Both the position numbers and the translations under genes were made by a program. From the NCBI GenBank assembly GCA_963696255.1, contig CAVOJN010000004.1, forward strand, positions 266,836-330,835: DNA of 64,000 nt, read 5' to 3'. The notes beneath the pieces are model-generated. The model ran no database searches. It worked only from the letters and a program-made list of their open reading frames with translations, and was not told the DNA's origin. This DNA comes from an uncultured Alphaproteobacteria bacterium. Its GTDB lineage: Bacteria; Pseudomonadota; Alphaproteobacteria; Rhizobiales; Xanthobacteraceae. This document shows positions 1 through 11,813 of this stretch, one piece after another. Position 1 is the first letter of the stretch. Every line of letters begins with the position of its first letter.

Positions 1-2
1 TC

Positions 3-1313
3 GATCGAACGCTGACGCCGAAGACGCGCCCGATGTCGGGCAAGCGAACGACGCTGGTTGCCTCGCTTGACATCGGCACCAGCAAGATCGCCTGCATGAT
101 CGCGCGGCTGAAGCCGTGCCCGCCGAGCGACGCGCTGCGCGGCCGCACCCATGCGGTGGAACTGATCGGCCATAGCCAGATTCAGTCGCGCGGCGTGAAG
201 GCCGGCGCAGTCGTCGATCTCGCCGAATGCGAACAAACGGTACGACAGGCTGTGGCGCTCGCGGAGAAAATGGCCAAGGTCCGTGTCGAATCCGTGCTGC
301 TCTCGGTCTCCGGCGGGCGGCTGCAGGGTCAGCTGATCGAAGCTGCCGCCGACCTTCGTGGAAATACCGTCACGCCCGCCGACATGGGCCGTGTCATCTC
401 GACCGGCATGCATCATGCGACAGGTGTAGGCCGCACCGTCGTGCATGCGCTGCCGGTCAGCTACGCGCTGGATGACGTGAAGGGCATCCGCGATCCCCGC
501 GGCATGGTGGCGCGCCAGTTCGGCGTCGACATGAACGTCGTCACCGCGGACGCGACCGTGGCGCGGAACCTGATGCTCGTGGTCGAGCGTTGTCATCTTA
601 ATGTCGAAGCGATGGCTGCAAGCCCTTATGTCGCCGGGCTTTCCGTTCTGACCGACGACGAGGCGGATATCGGCGCGGCGGTGGTCGAAATGGGGGCGGG
701 GACCACGACGATTGCGATCTATTCGGGCGGCCGTTTCGTGCATGCCGGCGGCTTCGCGGTCGGCGGACAGCATGTCACGATGGATCTTGCACGCGGACTC
801 TCCGCATGCATTGCGGATGCCGAGCGAATCAAGACGTTTTATGGCACGGTGCTGACCGGCGGGTCCGATACGCGAGAACTGATGTCCGTTCCTGTGGCTG
901 GCGACAATGAACGGGACGTTCCTCAGATCGTGTCGCGCGCCACGATCGCCAACATCGTCAAGCACCGGGTCGAGGAGATTTTCGAAATGGTCCGCGACCG
1001 GCTCAAGGATTCCCCCTTCGCGGCGGAGCCGAAGGCGCGCGTCGTGCTGAGCGGCGGCGCTTCGCAGCTCACCGGCATTCCCGAACTCGCCACACAGATA
1101 TTGAACCGGCCGGTGCGCATCGGCCGCCCGCTCGGCTTCGGCCGGCTGCCGAACGAGGCCAAGACCGCGTCGTTCGCGGCCCCGACCGGCCTCCTGGTCT
1201 ATCCGCAATACGCTCACCTCGAACATGTCGAACCGCGGCATACGCGGCAGCTCAGGACAGGGACAGACGGCTATTTCGGAAAGGTCGGACGATGGCTTCG
1301 CGAGGGCTTCTGA
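3..1313 (+). CDS. ftsA: Cell division protein FtsA (probably 5'-truncated by the window edge)
   Basis: LDIGTSKIAC actin-like ATPase motif, VEMGAGTT, VLSGGASQL; directly upstream of ftsZ; frame stays open back to position 3 (DRTLTPKTRPM). Confidence 0.96.
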   Translation, partial: DRTLTPKTRPMSGKRTTLVASLDIGTSKIACMIARLKPCPPSDALRGRTHAVELIGHSQIQSRGVKAGAVVDLAECEQTVRQAVALAEKMAKVRVESVLLSVSGGRLQGQLIEAAADLRGNTVTPADMGRVISTGMHHATGVGRTVVHALPVSYALDDVKGIRDPRGMVARQFGVDMNVVTADATVARNLMLVVERCHLNVEAMAASPYVAGLSVLTDDEADIGAAVVEMGAGTTTIAIYSGGRFVHAGGFAVGGQHVTMDLARGLSACIADAERIKTFYGTVLTGGSDTRELMSVPVAGDNERDVPQIVSRATIANIVKHRVEEIFEMVRDRLKDSPFAAEPKARVVLSGGASQLTGIPELATQILNRPVRIGRPLGFGRLPNEAKTASFAAPTGLLVYPQYAHLEHVEPRHTRQLRTGTDGYFGKVGRWLREGF

Positions 1314-1399
1314 TGACGAGCTTTCGAAACGACGGAATTTCACCAACACCCGCGGCCGAGGGCCGGGGCGAACCCACGCGCGCGTGACGAGAGGCAACC

Positions 1400-3205
1400 A
1401 TGGCACTCAATCTTACCCCTCCTGACATTCATGAACTGAAGCCTCGGATCACCGTCTTCGGCGTCGGCGGCGCCGGCGGCAACGCCGTCAACAACATGAT
1501 CACGGCGGGATTGCAGGGGGTCGATTTCGTCGTCGCCAATACCGATGCACAGGCGCTCACGATGTCGAAGGCGCCGCGCATCATCCAGATGGGCACGGCC
1601 GTCACCCAGGGTCTCGGCGCCGGTTCGCAGCCGGATGTCGGCGCAGCCGCCGCGCAGGAAGTCATCGACGAAATCCGCGATCATCTGACCGGCGCCAACA
1701 TGGTGTTCGTCACCGCCGGCATGGGCGGCGGCACCGGCACGGGGGCGGCTCCGGTCATCGCCAAGAGCGCGCGCGAGATGGGCATCCTCACCGTCGGCGT
1801 GGTGACCAAGCCGTTCCACTTCGAAGGCCAGCGCCGCATGCGCACCGCGGAGGCCGGCATCGCCGAGCTGCACAAGGTGGTGGATACGCTCCTGATCATC
1901 CCGAACCAGAACCTGTTCCGGGTCGCCAACGAAAAGACCACGTTTGCCGACGCCTTCGCGATGGCCGACCAGGTGCTCTATTCGGGCGTCGCCTGCATCA
2001 CCGACCTGATGGTGAAGGAAGGCCTGATCAATCTCGACTTCGCCGACGTCAGGGCGGTGATGCGCGAAATGGGCAAGGCGATGATGGGCACGGGCGAAGC
2101 GTCCGGCGACAAGCGCGCGCTGACCGCGGCCGAAGCCGCCATCGCCAACCCGCTGATCGACGATTCCTCGATGAAGGGCGCCAGGGGGCTGCTCATCTCC
2201 ATCACCGGCGGCAGGGATCTGACCCTGTTCGAAGTCGACGAAGCCGCGACGCGTATCCGTGAAGAGGTCGACCAGGATGCCAACATCATCGTCGGCGCCA
2301 CTTTCGACGAATCGCTCGACGGCGTGATCCGCGTCTCGGTGGTGGCAACGGGTATCGAGCAGGCGCAGATCTTGCGCAACTCGACGCAGTCAGCCGCGCC
2401 GGCAACGCCCGTTTCGGCAACAGCGCCGCACGCGCCGGAGAATCGCCTCGCCGATCTGACCGCGCGGCTGCGCGCCGACAATGCGCGGCTCGCCGAGCGC
2501 GCCGCCAAGCTGGAATCCCAGACCCCGGCCGCAGCGCCTGCGCCGCAGCGGACCTCGAACAATGTCGAACGCGCAGCGCTGGCCGCGATCGCGGCCGCGG
2601 TCGCCCCGGATGCGCCACCGACCGCTCCGCCGCATCAGGTCTATGGCGACGTGACGGTTCGCCCGATCGCGCAAAAGCCCTCGCTGTTCCCCGATCCTGA
2701 TACCGCGCGGGTCCAGCCGGTCGAAGAGCCGATGACACCGGAAACCTTCATTCCGCAGGCGGCCGAGCGTCCGGCCAGCCGCACGACGCCCCGGATGCCG
2801 AAATTCGAGGAACTGCCGATGCCGGCTCAGGCCGAGATTCGCCAGGCAAGGGGGGACCAGGGCCGAGGTGATTCGGAGGAGGAGCATCCGCAGAAGAGCC
2901 GTCTGTCGCTCCTGCAGCGGCTGGCCAATGTCGGCCTCGGCCGGCGTGATGATGAAAGCGAGCCGCCGATCGCGGCCCGCGCCTCGGGTCCGGCCATGCC
3001 CACCATGCCACCGATTCCCGACCGCAAGCCCGCCAAGCGCGGTGTCGCGGACCAGATCGCGGCGAACGAGCCGGTGTCAGAATATGCCCGCCGTCCGGCG
3101 CCGCAGGGTTTGGACAGCCATGGCCGCCCGGCACCTGTTGCCCCAGCGCCACAGGGTGATGACCATTTAGATATCCCCGCCTTCCTGAGGCGTCAGTCAA
3201 ACTGA
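1400..3205 (+). CDS. ftsZ: Cell division GTPase FtsZ with long alphaproteobacterial linker
   Basis: [13 protein letters not shown], tubulin signature [17 protein letters not shown]-terminal [11 protein letters not shown] peptide. Confidence 0.99.
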   Translation: MALNLTPPDIHELKPRITVFGVGGAGGNAVNNMITAGLQGVDFVVANTDAQALTMSKAPRIIQMGTAVTQGLGAGSQPDVGAAAAQEVIDEIRDHLTGANMVFVTAGMGGGTGTGAAPVIAKSAREMGILTVGVVTKPFHFEGQRRMRTAEAGIAELHKVVDTLLIIPNQNLFRVANEKTTFADAFAMADQVLYSGVACITDLMVKEGLINLDFADVRAVMREMGKAMMGTGEASGDKRALTAAEAAIANPLIDDSSMKGARGLLISITGGRDLTLFEVDEAATRIREEVDQDANIIVGATFDESLDGVIRVSVVATGIEQAQILRNSTQSAAPATPVSATAPHAPENRLADLTARLRADNARLAERAAKLESQTPAAAPAPQRTSNNVERAALAAIAAAVAPDAPPTAPPHQVYGDVTVRPIAQKPSLFPDPDTARVQPVEEPMTPETFIPQAAERPASRTTPRMPKFEELPMPAQAEIRQARGDQGRGDSEEEHPQKSRLSLLQRLANVGLGRRDDESEPPIAARASGPAMPTMPPIPDRKPAKRGVADQIAANEPVSEYARRPAPQGLDSHGRPAPVAPAPQGDDHLDIPAFLRRQSN

Positions 3206-3227
3206 AATTGTTACAATCGTGGCGACG

Positions 3228-3266
3228 AAAAAGGCCCCGGCGGCTCGCGCCCGGGGCCTTTGCTTT
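3228..3266 (+). terminator. Intrinsic terminator after ftsZ
   Basis: Stem AAAGGCCCCGG (3230-3240) / CCGGGGCCTTT (3251-3261) followed by a T-rich tail. Confidence 0.75.
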
Positions 3267-3555
3267 GGCCGAAGCAAACACTTGGGTCGTGAGTCCAAGC
3301 ATCTGATTCTAAATCATTAATTATAGAGCCCTTGATTGGATGGAACCGCTTGGCCGGCTCAGAATTTGGTTAAGCCTTGACGTCAATGCGGCATAGATGG
3401 GGTAACAATCGGTAAAGAACCGTGAGTTGGTGTCATTTGAGACAAAGCTTATGGTTGCCGCGACTTGGGGATACCTGAAGGCGCAAATCGGCGAAGGCTC
3501 ATGGGGTGGGTGAGTCGGTTTGTGATGTTAGGTAAGTCGTAGTGGGCGGTCTTCG

Positions 3556-4515
3556 ATGAAATTCAGCCGGCAAACAACGCTTCGCTCGCAAGCAACCGTG
3601 ACGGGCGTAGGTGTTCATTCCGGTTCCCCCGTGAGCCTGACGATTGGACCTGCATCCGTGGATGCAGGTTTTGTTTTTGTCCGCACCGGCCTCGAAGGTG
3701 GCGATCGGGACGTTCAGGCCATCTCCGAAAGCGTCATCGCCACCGCATGCGCGACCGTGCTCGGCGATAATGAAGGTCCGCTGGTTTCCACTGTCGAGCA
3801 TGTGCTGGCCGCGTTGCGAGGCATGGGCGTCGACAACGCGACCATCGAAATCGACGGCCCCGAAGCGCCGATCATGGACGGCAGCGCGGCGGCGTTCGTG
3901 ACCGCGATCGATCAGGCCGGTATTGTGGGCCAATCGGCGGCGCGTCGTTTTATCCAGGTTTTGCGGCCGGTCCAGGTTGTGATCGGCGACTCCTTCGGTG
4001 AATTGCGCCCGCATGCAGCGGGGTTCCGCGCCGAGGTCGAGATCGATTTCGCCAATCCCGCGATCGGACGCCAGAAATATGCGCTGGACCTGAGCCCGGA
4101 AGGGTTCCGCCGCGAACTCTCCCGCGCCCGCACCTTCGGCTTCATGAATGACGTGGCGCGGCTTTGGCGTGCCGGTTTCGCACTCGGCGCATCCTATGAG
4201 AATTCCCTCGTTTTCGACGAGGAGCGGCTGCTCAATCCGGAAGGCCTGCGTTTCGAAGATGAATGCGCACGGCACAAGGTTCTCGATGCGATCGGGGACC
4301 TCGCGCTGGCAGGCCTGCCGCTGCTTGGTGCGTACCGTTGTGTCCGTCCCGGACACAAGCTCAACTATGCTGTCCTGACCGCGCTGATGGCCGACCGCAC
4401 GGCCTGGCGGGTGGTGGAAGGCGAAACCGTGCGCCGTCCCCGCACCCAGGTGGACGTCGGCCGGGGCATCGTGGGCGGACGAATTGCCGCGGCTTTCGGC
4501 CCGGACGTGTCCTGA
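3556..4515 (+). CDS. lpxC: UDP-3-O-acyl-N-acetylglucosamine deacetylase
   Basis: QTTL..GVGVHSG, TVEHVLAAL, PIMDGSA, RARTFGF, HKVLDAIGDL zinc motif; conserved position after ftsZ. Confidence 0.98.
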   Translation: MKFSRQTTLRSQATVTGVGVHSGSPVSLTIGPASVDAGFVFVRTGLEGGDRDVQAISESVIATACATVLGDNEGPLVSTVEHVLAALRGMGVDNATIEIDGPEAPIMDGSAAAFVTAIDQAGIVGQSAARRFIQVLRPVQVVIGDSFGELRPHAAGFRAEVEIDFANPAIGRQKYALDLSPEGFRRELSRARTFGFMNDVARLWRAGFALGASYENSLVFDEERLLNPEGLRFEDECARHKVLDAIGDLALAGLPLLGAYRCVRPGHKLNYAVLTALMADRTAWRVVEGETVRRPRTQVDVGRGIVGGRIAAAFGPDVS

Positions 4516-4874
4516 GCGCATTCCGGGGGTGTTTTGACGGCCAGGGAGCAGTCATCCCCAACCCTCGTGACGGGTTTTCGACTGAAGCGCCAGGTTCAAG
4601 TCACGACGTCAATTCCTCGTGAAATTATCGGGCTTTAGGCGCTTGTTCACCCCTCCTAACCATTATGAGCCGCCGCCTGCAATCCTGCCGCCTTAATCCG
4701 GGCGAAATGGCTTCCTATGCGGTTGGTGGACGGAATTTTTTCGGTTACACAAGGCCTTGGTTGCATGGCAGGCGCCATTGGCCCGGTAATAACGTCTCTG
4801 GTCCATGGCGGCGACCATGGCGCGAGGCGGGTGGCGCAACCGAGCGCAAACAGAGGCGTCAGGTCTTAAGGCTC

Positions 4875-5768
4875 ATGTCGGGACAGCGTGTAAGACGCGA
4901 ACTACGCAGGCTTTTGGCTGGCACTCGGCGGCTGCGGTTTGCCGCGTCGTTGATTGTGCTCGCGCTGCCGCTCTCCGGCTGTGGCACCGGCGCGCTGTGG
5001 GACAAGTTCTTCGCCAAGGACGAAAGCTCCTTCGCGGACGAACCGGCGGACAAGCTCTACAATGAGGGCTTGTACCTGATGAACGAGCGCAAGGATAACA
5101 GGACGGCCGCGAAGAAATTCGAGGAGGTCGACCGCCAGCATCCCTATTCCGAATGGGCGCGCAAATCGCTGCTGATGTCGGCCTATGCGTCGTACCAGCA
5201 GGGCGATTATGACAACTGCATCGGTTCGGCGACGCGCTATGTGACACTGCATCCGGGCAGCCCCGACGCTGCCTACGCGCAATATCTGATCGCGGCCTCT
5301 CATTACGACCAGATCCCCGACATTTCCCGCGACCAGGGCCGGACCGAGAAGGCGATGGCCGCGCTGGAAGAAGTGATTCGCAAATATCCGAACTCGGAAT
5401 ATGCCGTCAGCGCCAAGGCGAAGCTCGAGGGCGCGCGCGACCAGCTCGCCGGCAAGGAAATGTCGATCGGCCGCTACTACATGGAGAAGCGCGACTACAC
5501 CGCGGCGATCAACCGTTACAAGACGGTGGTGACTCGCTACCAGACGACGCGCCATGTCGAGGAAGCGCTGGAGCGCCTGACCGAAGCCTATATGACCATC
5601 GGCATCGTCGGCGAGGCGCAGACCGCGGCTGCCGTGCTCGGTCACAATTTTCCAGACAGCAAGTGGTATCAGGACGCGTACAATATTGTAAAATCGGGCG
5701 GTCTCGAACCGAGCGAGAATCGGGGGTCCTGGATCAGCAGGGCCTTCAAGAAAGTGGGTCTCGGCTAG
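4875..5768 (+). CDS. bamD: Outer membrane protein assembly factor BamD (lipoprotein)
   Basis: Lipobox LSGC, TPR repeats, HPYSEWARKS, RDQGRT; lpxC-bamD-recN synteny. ATG 4875 chosen over the longer ORF-track start. Confidence 0.93.
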   Translation: MSGQRVRRELRRLLAGTRRLRFAASLIVLALPLSGCGTGALWDKFFAKDESSFADEPADKLYNEGLYLMNERKDNRTAAKKFEEVDRQHPYSEWARKSLLMSAYASYQQGDYDNCIGSATRYVTLHPGSPDAAYAQYLIAASHYDQIPDISRDQGRTEKAMAALEEVIRKYPNSEYAVSAKAKLEGARDQLAGKEMSIGRYYMEKRDYTAAINRYKTVVTRYQTTRHVEEALERLTEAYMTIGIVGEAQTAAAVLGHNFPDSKWYQDAYNIVKSGGLEPSENRGSWISRAFKKVGLG

Positions 5769-5781
5769 GAATTCCTCCTCC

Positions 5782-7470
5782 ATGCTGGCGCGTCTGTCGA
5801 TCCGCGACATCGTCCTGATCGAACGCCTCGATATCGAATTTTTCCGTGGGCTTGCGGTGCTGACCGGAGAGACCGGCGCCGGAAAGTCCATTCTGCTCGA
5901 CGCCTTTGCGCTGGCGCTCGGCGGGCGCGGCGACGCCGGCCTTGTCCGTCATGGCGCCGATCAGGGGCAGGTGACCGCGGTATTCGATGTGCCCAAGGGG
6001 CACCCGGCAACCGCAATCCTGTCCGACAATGGCCTGGAAGACAGCACTCCCACCGATTCGTTCGAGATGATCCTGCGCCGCGTGCAGCTTGCCGACGGCC
6101 GCACCCGCGCTTTCATCAACGACCAGGCGATCTCCGTGCAGACGCTGAAGGCGGTCGGCGCCGCATTGGTCGAGATCCATGGCCAGCATGATGAGCGCGC
6201 GCTGGTCGATGCCGCCACCCATCGCCGGCTGCTCGATGCCTTTGCCGGGCTCGAGAAGGACGTCGACGCGCTGGAGAAACTCTGGGACGTCAGGCGCACG
6301 GCGCATGCCGCGCTGGATGAGCATCGCGCCGGCATGGAGCGCGCCGCGCGCGAAGCCGACTATCTGCGCCACGCCTCCGATGAGCTCAAGAACCTGGCAC
6401 CGCAGGACGGCGAGGAGACGGCGCTCGCCAACCGCCGCACCGTGATGATGCAGGGCGAGAAGATCGCATCCGATTTGCGCGAGGCGCAGGAAGCCGTGGG
6501 CGGCAACCATTCGCCGGTCGCGGCCCTGTCGGCGGCGGTGCGCCGGCTGGAGCGCCGCGCGGCGCATTCGCCGTCACTGGTCGAGCCAGCGGTGAAAGCG
6601 ATCGATATCGCGATCAACGCGCTGGAGGAGGCGGACCAGCATCTGAACGCGGCGCTCGCCGCGGCCGATTTCGATCCGCTGGAGCTCGAACGCATCGAGG
6701 AACGGCTGTTCGCCTTGCGCGCCGCCTCGCGCAAGTACAACACCCCCGTCGATCTGCTCGCAGCCCTTGCCGCGAAATATGCCTCCGACGTGGCGCTGAT
6801 CGATGCCGGCGCCGAGCAGCTGAACAAGCTCGAAGCGTCGGCGGCCGAAGCCGACCAGCGCTACAGCGCGGCGGCCAAGAAATTGTCGGCGGCGCGGGAA
6901 AAAGCCGCGCAAAAACTCGACAAGGCCGTGAGCGCCGAGCTCGCGCCGTTGAAACTCGAGCGCGCGGCGTTCACCACCCAGCTCGACAGCGACCCGGCTT
7001 CGCCCGGCCCGCAAGGTTTTGATCGTGTCGAGTTCTGGGTGCAGACCAATCCCGGGACGCGGCCGGGGCCGTTGATGAAGGTGGCGTCCGGCGGCGAGCT
7101 GTCGCGTTTCCTGCTGGCGCTCAAGGTCGTGCTGGCCGATCGCGGCTCGGCGCCGACGCTCGTGTTCGACGAAATCGATACCGGCGTCGGCGGCGCGGTG
7201 GCGGATGCGATCGGCTCGCGGCTGGCGCGGCTCGCCGGCAAGGTGCAGGTGATGGCGGTGACGCATGCCCCGCAGGTCGCCGCCCGCGCCAACCAGCATC
7301 TGCTGATCTCCAAGGATGCGCTCGACAAGGGCAAGCGCGTCGCCACCCGCGTCAACGCGCTCGCCGCCGATCACCGCCGCGAGGAGATCGCGCGCATGCT
7401 GGCGGGCGCCGAGATCACCGCCGAGGCGAGGGCGGCCGCCGAACGCCTGCTGAAGGCGGCGACGGCGTAA
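5782..7470 (+). CDS. recN: DNA repair protein RecN
   Basis: LTGETGAGKS Walker A, EIHGQH, ASGGELSR signature, FDEID Walker B, VTHAPQVAA. Confidence 0.98.
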   Translation: MLARLSIRDIVLIERLDIEFFRGLAVLTGETGAGKSILLDAFALALGGRGDAGLVRHGADQGQVTAVFDVPKGHPATAILSDNGLEDSTPTDSFEMILRRVQLADGRTRAFINDQAISVQTLKAVGAALVEIHGQHDERALVDAATHRRLLDAFAGLEKDVDALEKLWDVRRTAHAALDEHRAGMERAAREADYLRHASDELKNLAPQDGEETALANRRTVMMQGEKIASDLREAQEAVGGNHSPVAALSAAVRRLERRAAHSPSLVEPAVKAIDIAINALEEADQHLNAALAAADFDPLELERIEERLFALRAASRKYNTPVDLLAALAAKYASDVALIDAGAEQLNKLEASAAEADQRYSAAAKKLSAAREKAAQKLDKAVSAELAPLKLERAAFTTQLDSDPASPGPQGFDRVEFWVQTNPGTRPGPLMKVASGGELSRFLLALKVVLADRGSAPTLVFDEIDTGVGGAVADAIGSRLARLAGKVQVMAVTHAPQVAARANQHLLISKDALDKGKRVATRVNALAADHRREEIARMLAGAEITAEARAAAERLLKAATA

Positions 7471-7477
7471 TGAACAC

Positions 7478-7557
7478 CGTCATTCCGGGGCGCACGAAGT
7501 GCTAACCCGGAATCTCGAGATTCCGGGTCTGGTGCTTCGCACCATCCCGGAATGACG
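7478..7557. repeat. CGTC-tagged palindromic REP-like doublet (left flank of the GIY-YIG gene)
   Basis: CGTCATTCCGGG...CCCGGAATGACG ends; central 24-bp perfect palindrome ACCCGGAATCTCGAGATTCCGGGT (7505-7528); inner hairpins GCAC-GAA-GTGC and TGGTGC-TTC-GCACCA. Confidence 0.93.
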
Positions 7558-7560
7558 AAC

Positions 7561-10119
<2,559 letters not shown>

Positions 10120-10126
10120 TTTCCTT

Positions 10127-10211
10127 CGTCATTCCGGGGCGCTCGCGTCAGCGAGCGAACCCGGAATCTCGAGATTCCGGGTCTGGTCCTCCGGACCATC
10201 CCGGAATGACG
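10127..10211. repeat. CGTC REP-like doublet between convergent ligA and MFS genes
   Basis: CGTCATTCCGGGG-CGCTCGC-GTCA-GCGAGCG-AACCCGGAATCTCGAGATTCCGGGTC-TGGTCC-TCC-GGACCA-TCCCGGAATGACG. Confidence 0.93.
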
Positions 10212-10219
10212 GGTTAAAG

Positions 10220-11509
10220 TCACAGCATCCCGCTCTCTTCCTCTTCCGCCTGTCCGATCAGCTCTTCCGTCACCACCATGCCGCGGCGCGGCACCAGGAA
10301 GACCATGCTGGCGGCGCATCCGAGTGACAACACGAAGACGAGCGACATCAGCGGCAGCGTGGTTGCAAAATGACCGCCGAGCCAGGCGCCGAGCTGCGAC
10401 ACCAGGGCGCCGACGCCCTGTTGGAGGAAGCCCATCGCGCCGGACGCGGTGCCGGCGGCGTCGGGCCGCACGCTGATCGCGCCGGCCACCGCGTTCGACA
10501 TCACGAAGGCGTTGCCGATCATCACGATCATCTGGGTGCCGAACAGCCAGAGCGGCATCTGGTTGATGCCGGTCACGCTCCAGATCAGATTGAGGAGGCT
10601 GCCCGCCAGTTGCAGCGCAAGCCCGAACCAGATCAGCCTCTCCAGCGAATGGCGCGGGGCGAAACGCACGCAGAGCACGTTTCCGATCAGGTAGGCCAGG
10701 CCGGTGGTCGCAAACCACGCGCCATACTCGGCGCTGTTTCGGCCCATCTGCGTCACCACGATGTAGGGGCCGCCGCCTGCGAACGCGAAGATGATTTGCG
10801 ACGCCAGCACCTGGCAGAGCAGGTAGCCGATAAAGGCGCGGCTGGCGAACAGGCTCGCGACATCGCGGCCGAAGCCGTTGCCGGCGGCACGAACGCGCCG
10901 TGTCTCGGGCAGCAGAAACGCGATTGCGATCACCGTGGCCAGCGAGGCGGCGGTGATCAGATAGAAGATCGCGCGCCAGCCGAACGCGGTCTCGAGCAGG
11001 CCGCCGGTGAGCGGCGAGAGCATCTGCGCGATCATCATGACCGCGATCACGAGGCTGAGGCGCGCGCTGATCTGGTCGCGGGCGTAGAGGTCGCGGACGA
11101 TGGCGCGGCTGATCACCATGCCGCTGGCGCCGCCGAGCGCCTGGAAGAATCGCGCCGCGATCAGCTGCGGCAGGCTCTCGGCCAAGACGCAAGCGAGGCT
11201 GGCGGCGACCATCAGCGAGATGCCGGCGAGCAGCACCGGCCGCCGTCCGAAGCGGTCCGACAGCGCGCCCATGACGAGCTGCGAGCAGGCGATGCCGACC
11301 ATGTAAGCCGATACCGTCATCTGAGCCAGCGAGATCGAGCTGTTGAAACTCTTCGCCAGCACGGGCAAGGCCGGCACCAGCATGTAGAGCGAGATCGGCG
11401 CGATGCCGGTCATGACGACGAGCAGCGCCAGCATGAGCTTCGACGTCGCGAGATTCCTGTGGCTCGCAAGATTCCTGCCGCTGGCTGGCGGCTTGATCAC
11501 TCCATGCAT
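10220..11509 (-). CDS. Bcr/CflA-family (DHA1) multidrug MFS efflux transporter
   Basis: LYMLVPALP, GALSDRFGRRPV motif A, ARFFQALGG, AIVRDLY, about 12 hydrophobic segments. Confidence 0.88.
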   Translation of the reverse strand: MHGVIKPPASGRNLASHRNLATSKLMLALLVVMTGIAPISLYMLVPALPVLAKSFNSSISLAQMTVSAYMVGIACSQLVMGALSDRFGRRPVLLAGISLMVAASLACVLAESLPQLIAARFFQALGGASGMVISRAIVRDLYARDQISARLSLVIAVMMIAQMLSPLTGGLLETAFGWRAIFYLITAASLATVIAIAFLLPETRRVRAAGNGFGRDVASLFASRAFIGYLLCQVLASQIIFAFAGGGPYIVVTQMGRNSAEYGAWFATTGLAYLIGNVLCVRFAPRHSLERLIWFGLALQLAGSLLNLIWSVTGINQMPLWLFGTQMIVMIGNAFVMSNAVAGAISVRPDAAGTASGAMGFLQQGVGALVSQLGAWLGGHFATTLPLMSLVFVLSLGCAASMVFLVPRRGMVVTEELIGQAEEEESGML

Positions 11510-11708
11510 GTGCGCGGCGGCTCGGGTCCGATTCAGTTGATTTGAATCGAATGTAGCGGGATCGATTGCCGCGCCTAGGGACGTTTCGGCATGCACCGCA
11601 TGCCATTTTCGCGGCTGTTATAATAACGGGCAGGGGGTGCCCGCTCAGACGTCATCATCCGCCTTGTGCGCAATCGTGTCGACGTCGAGCACTCGGCCTT
11701 TACGCAGG

Positions 11709-11792
11709 TGTCATCACCCGCGAAAGCGGGTGATCCAGTATTCCAGAGACAGTGATTGTTTACGGGTGGGCCGGTCAAGCCGGGGCATGACA
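11709..11792. repeat. TGTC-tagged REP-like heterodimer, with a partial unit at about 11650-11675
   Basis: TGTCATCACCCGC-GAAA-GCGGGTGATCCAGTA facing a degenerate ...CCGGTCAAGCCGGGGCATGACA unit. Confidence 0.8.
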
Positions 11793-11813
11793 GCGTTTGG
11801 ATCACTGGAGTTT

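Noticed and set aside
2370-3160. Very long Pro/Ala-rich FtsZ linker
   Set aside because: This is a known feature of alphaproteobacterial FtsZ.
3300-3420. Possible CtrA sites upstream of lpxC
   Set aside because: Only TTAA half-sites and a degenerate GTAA/TAAA pair are present; there is no convincing TTAA-N7-TTAA.
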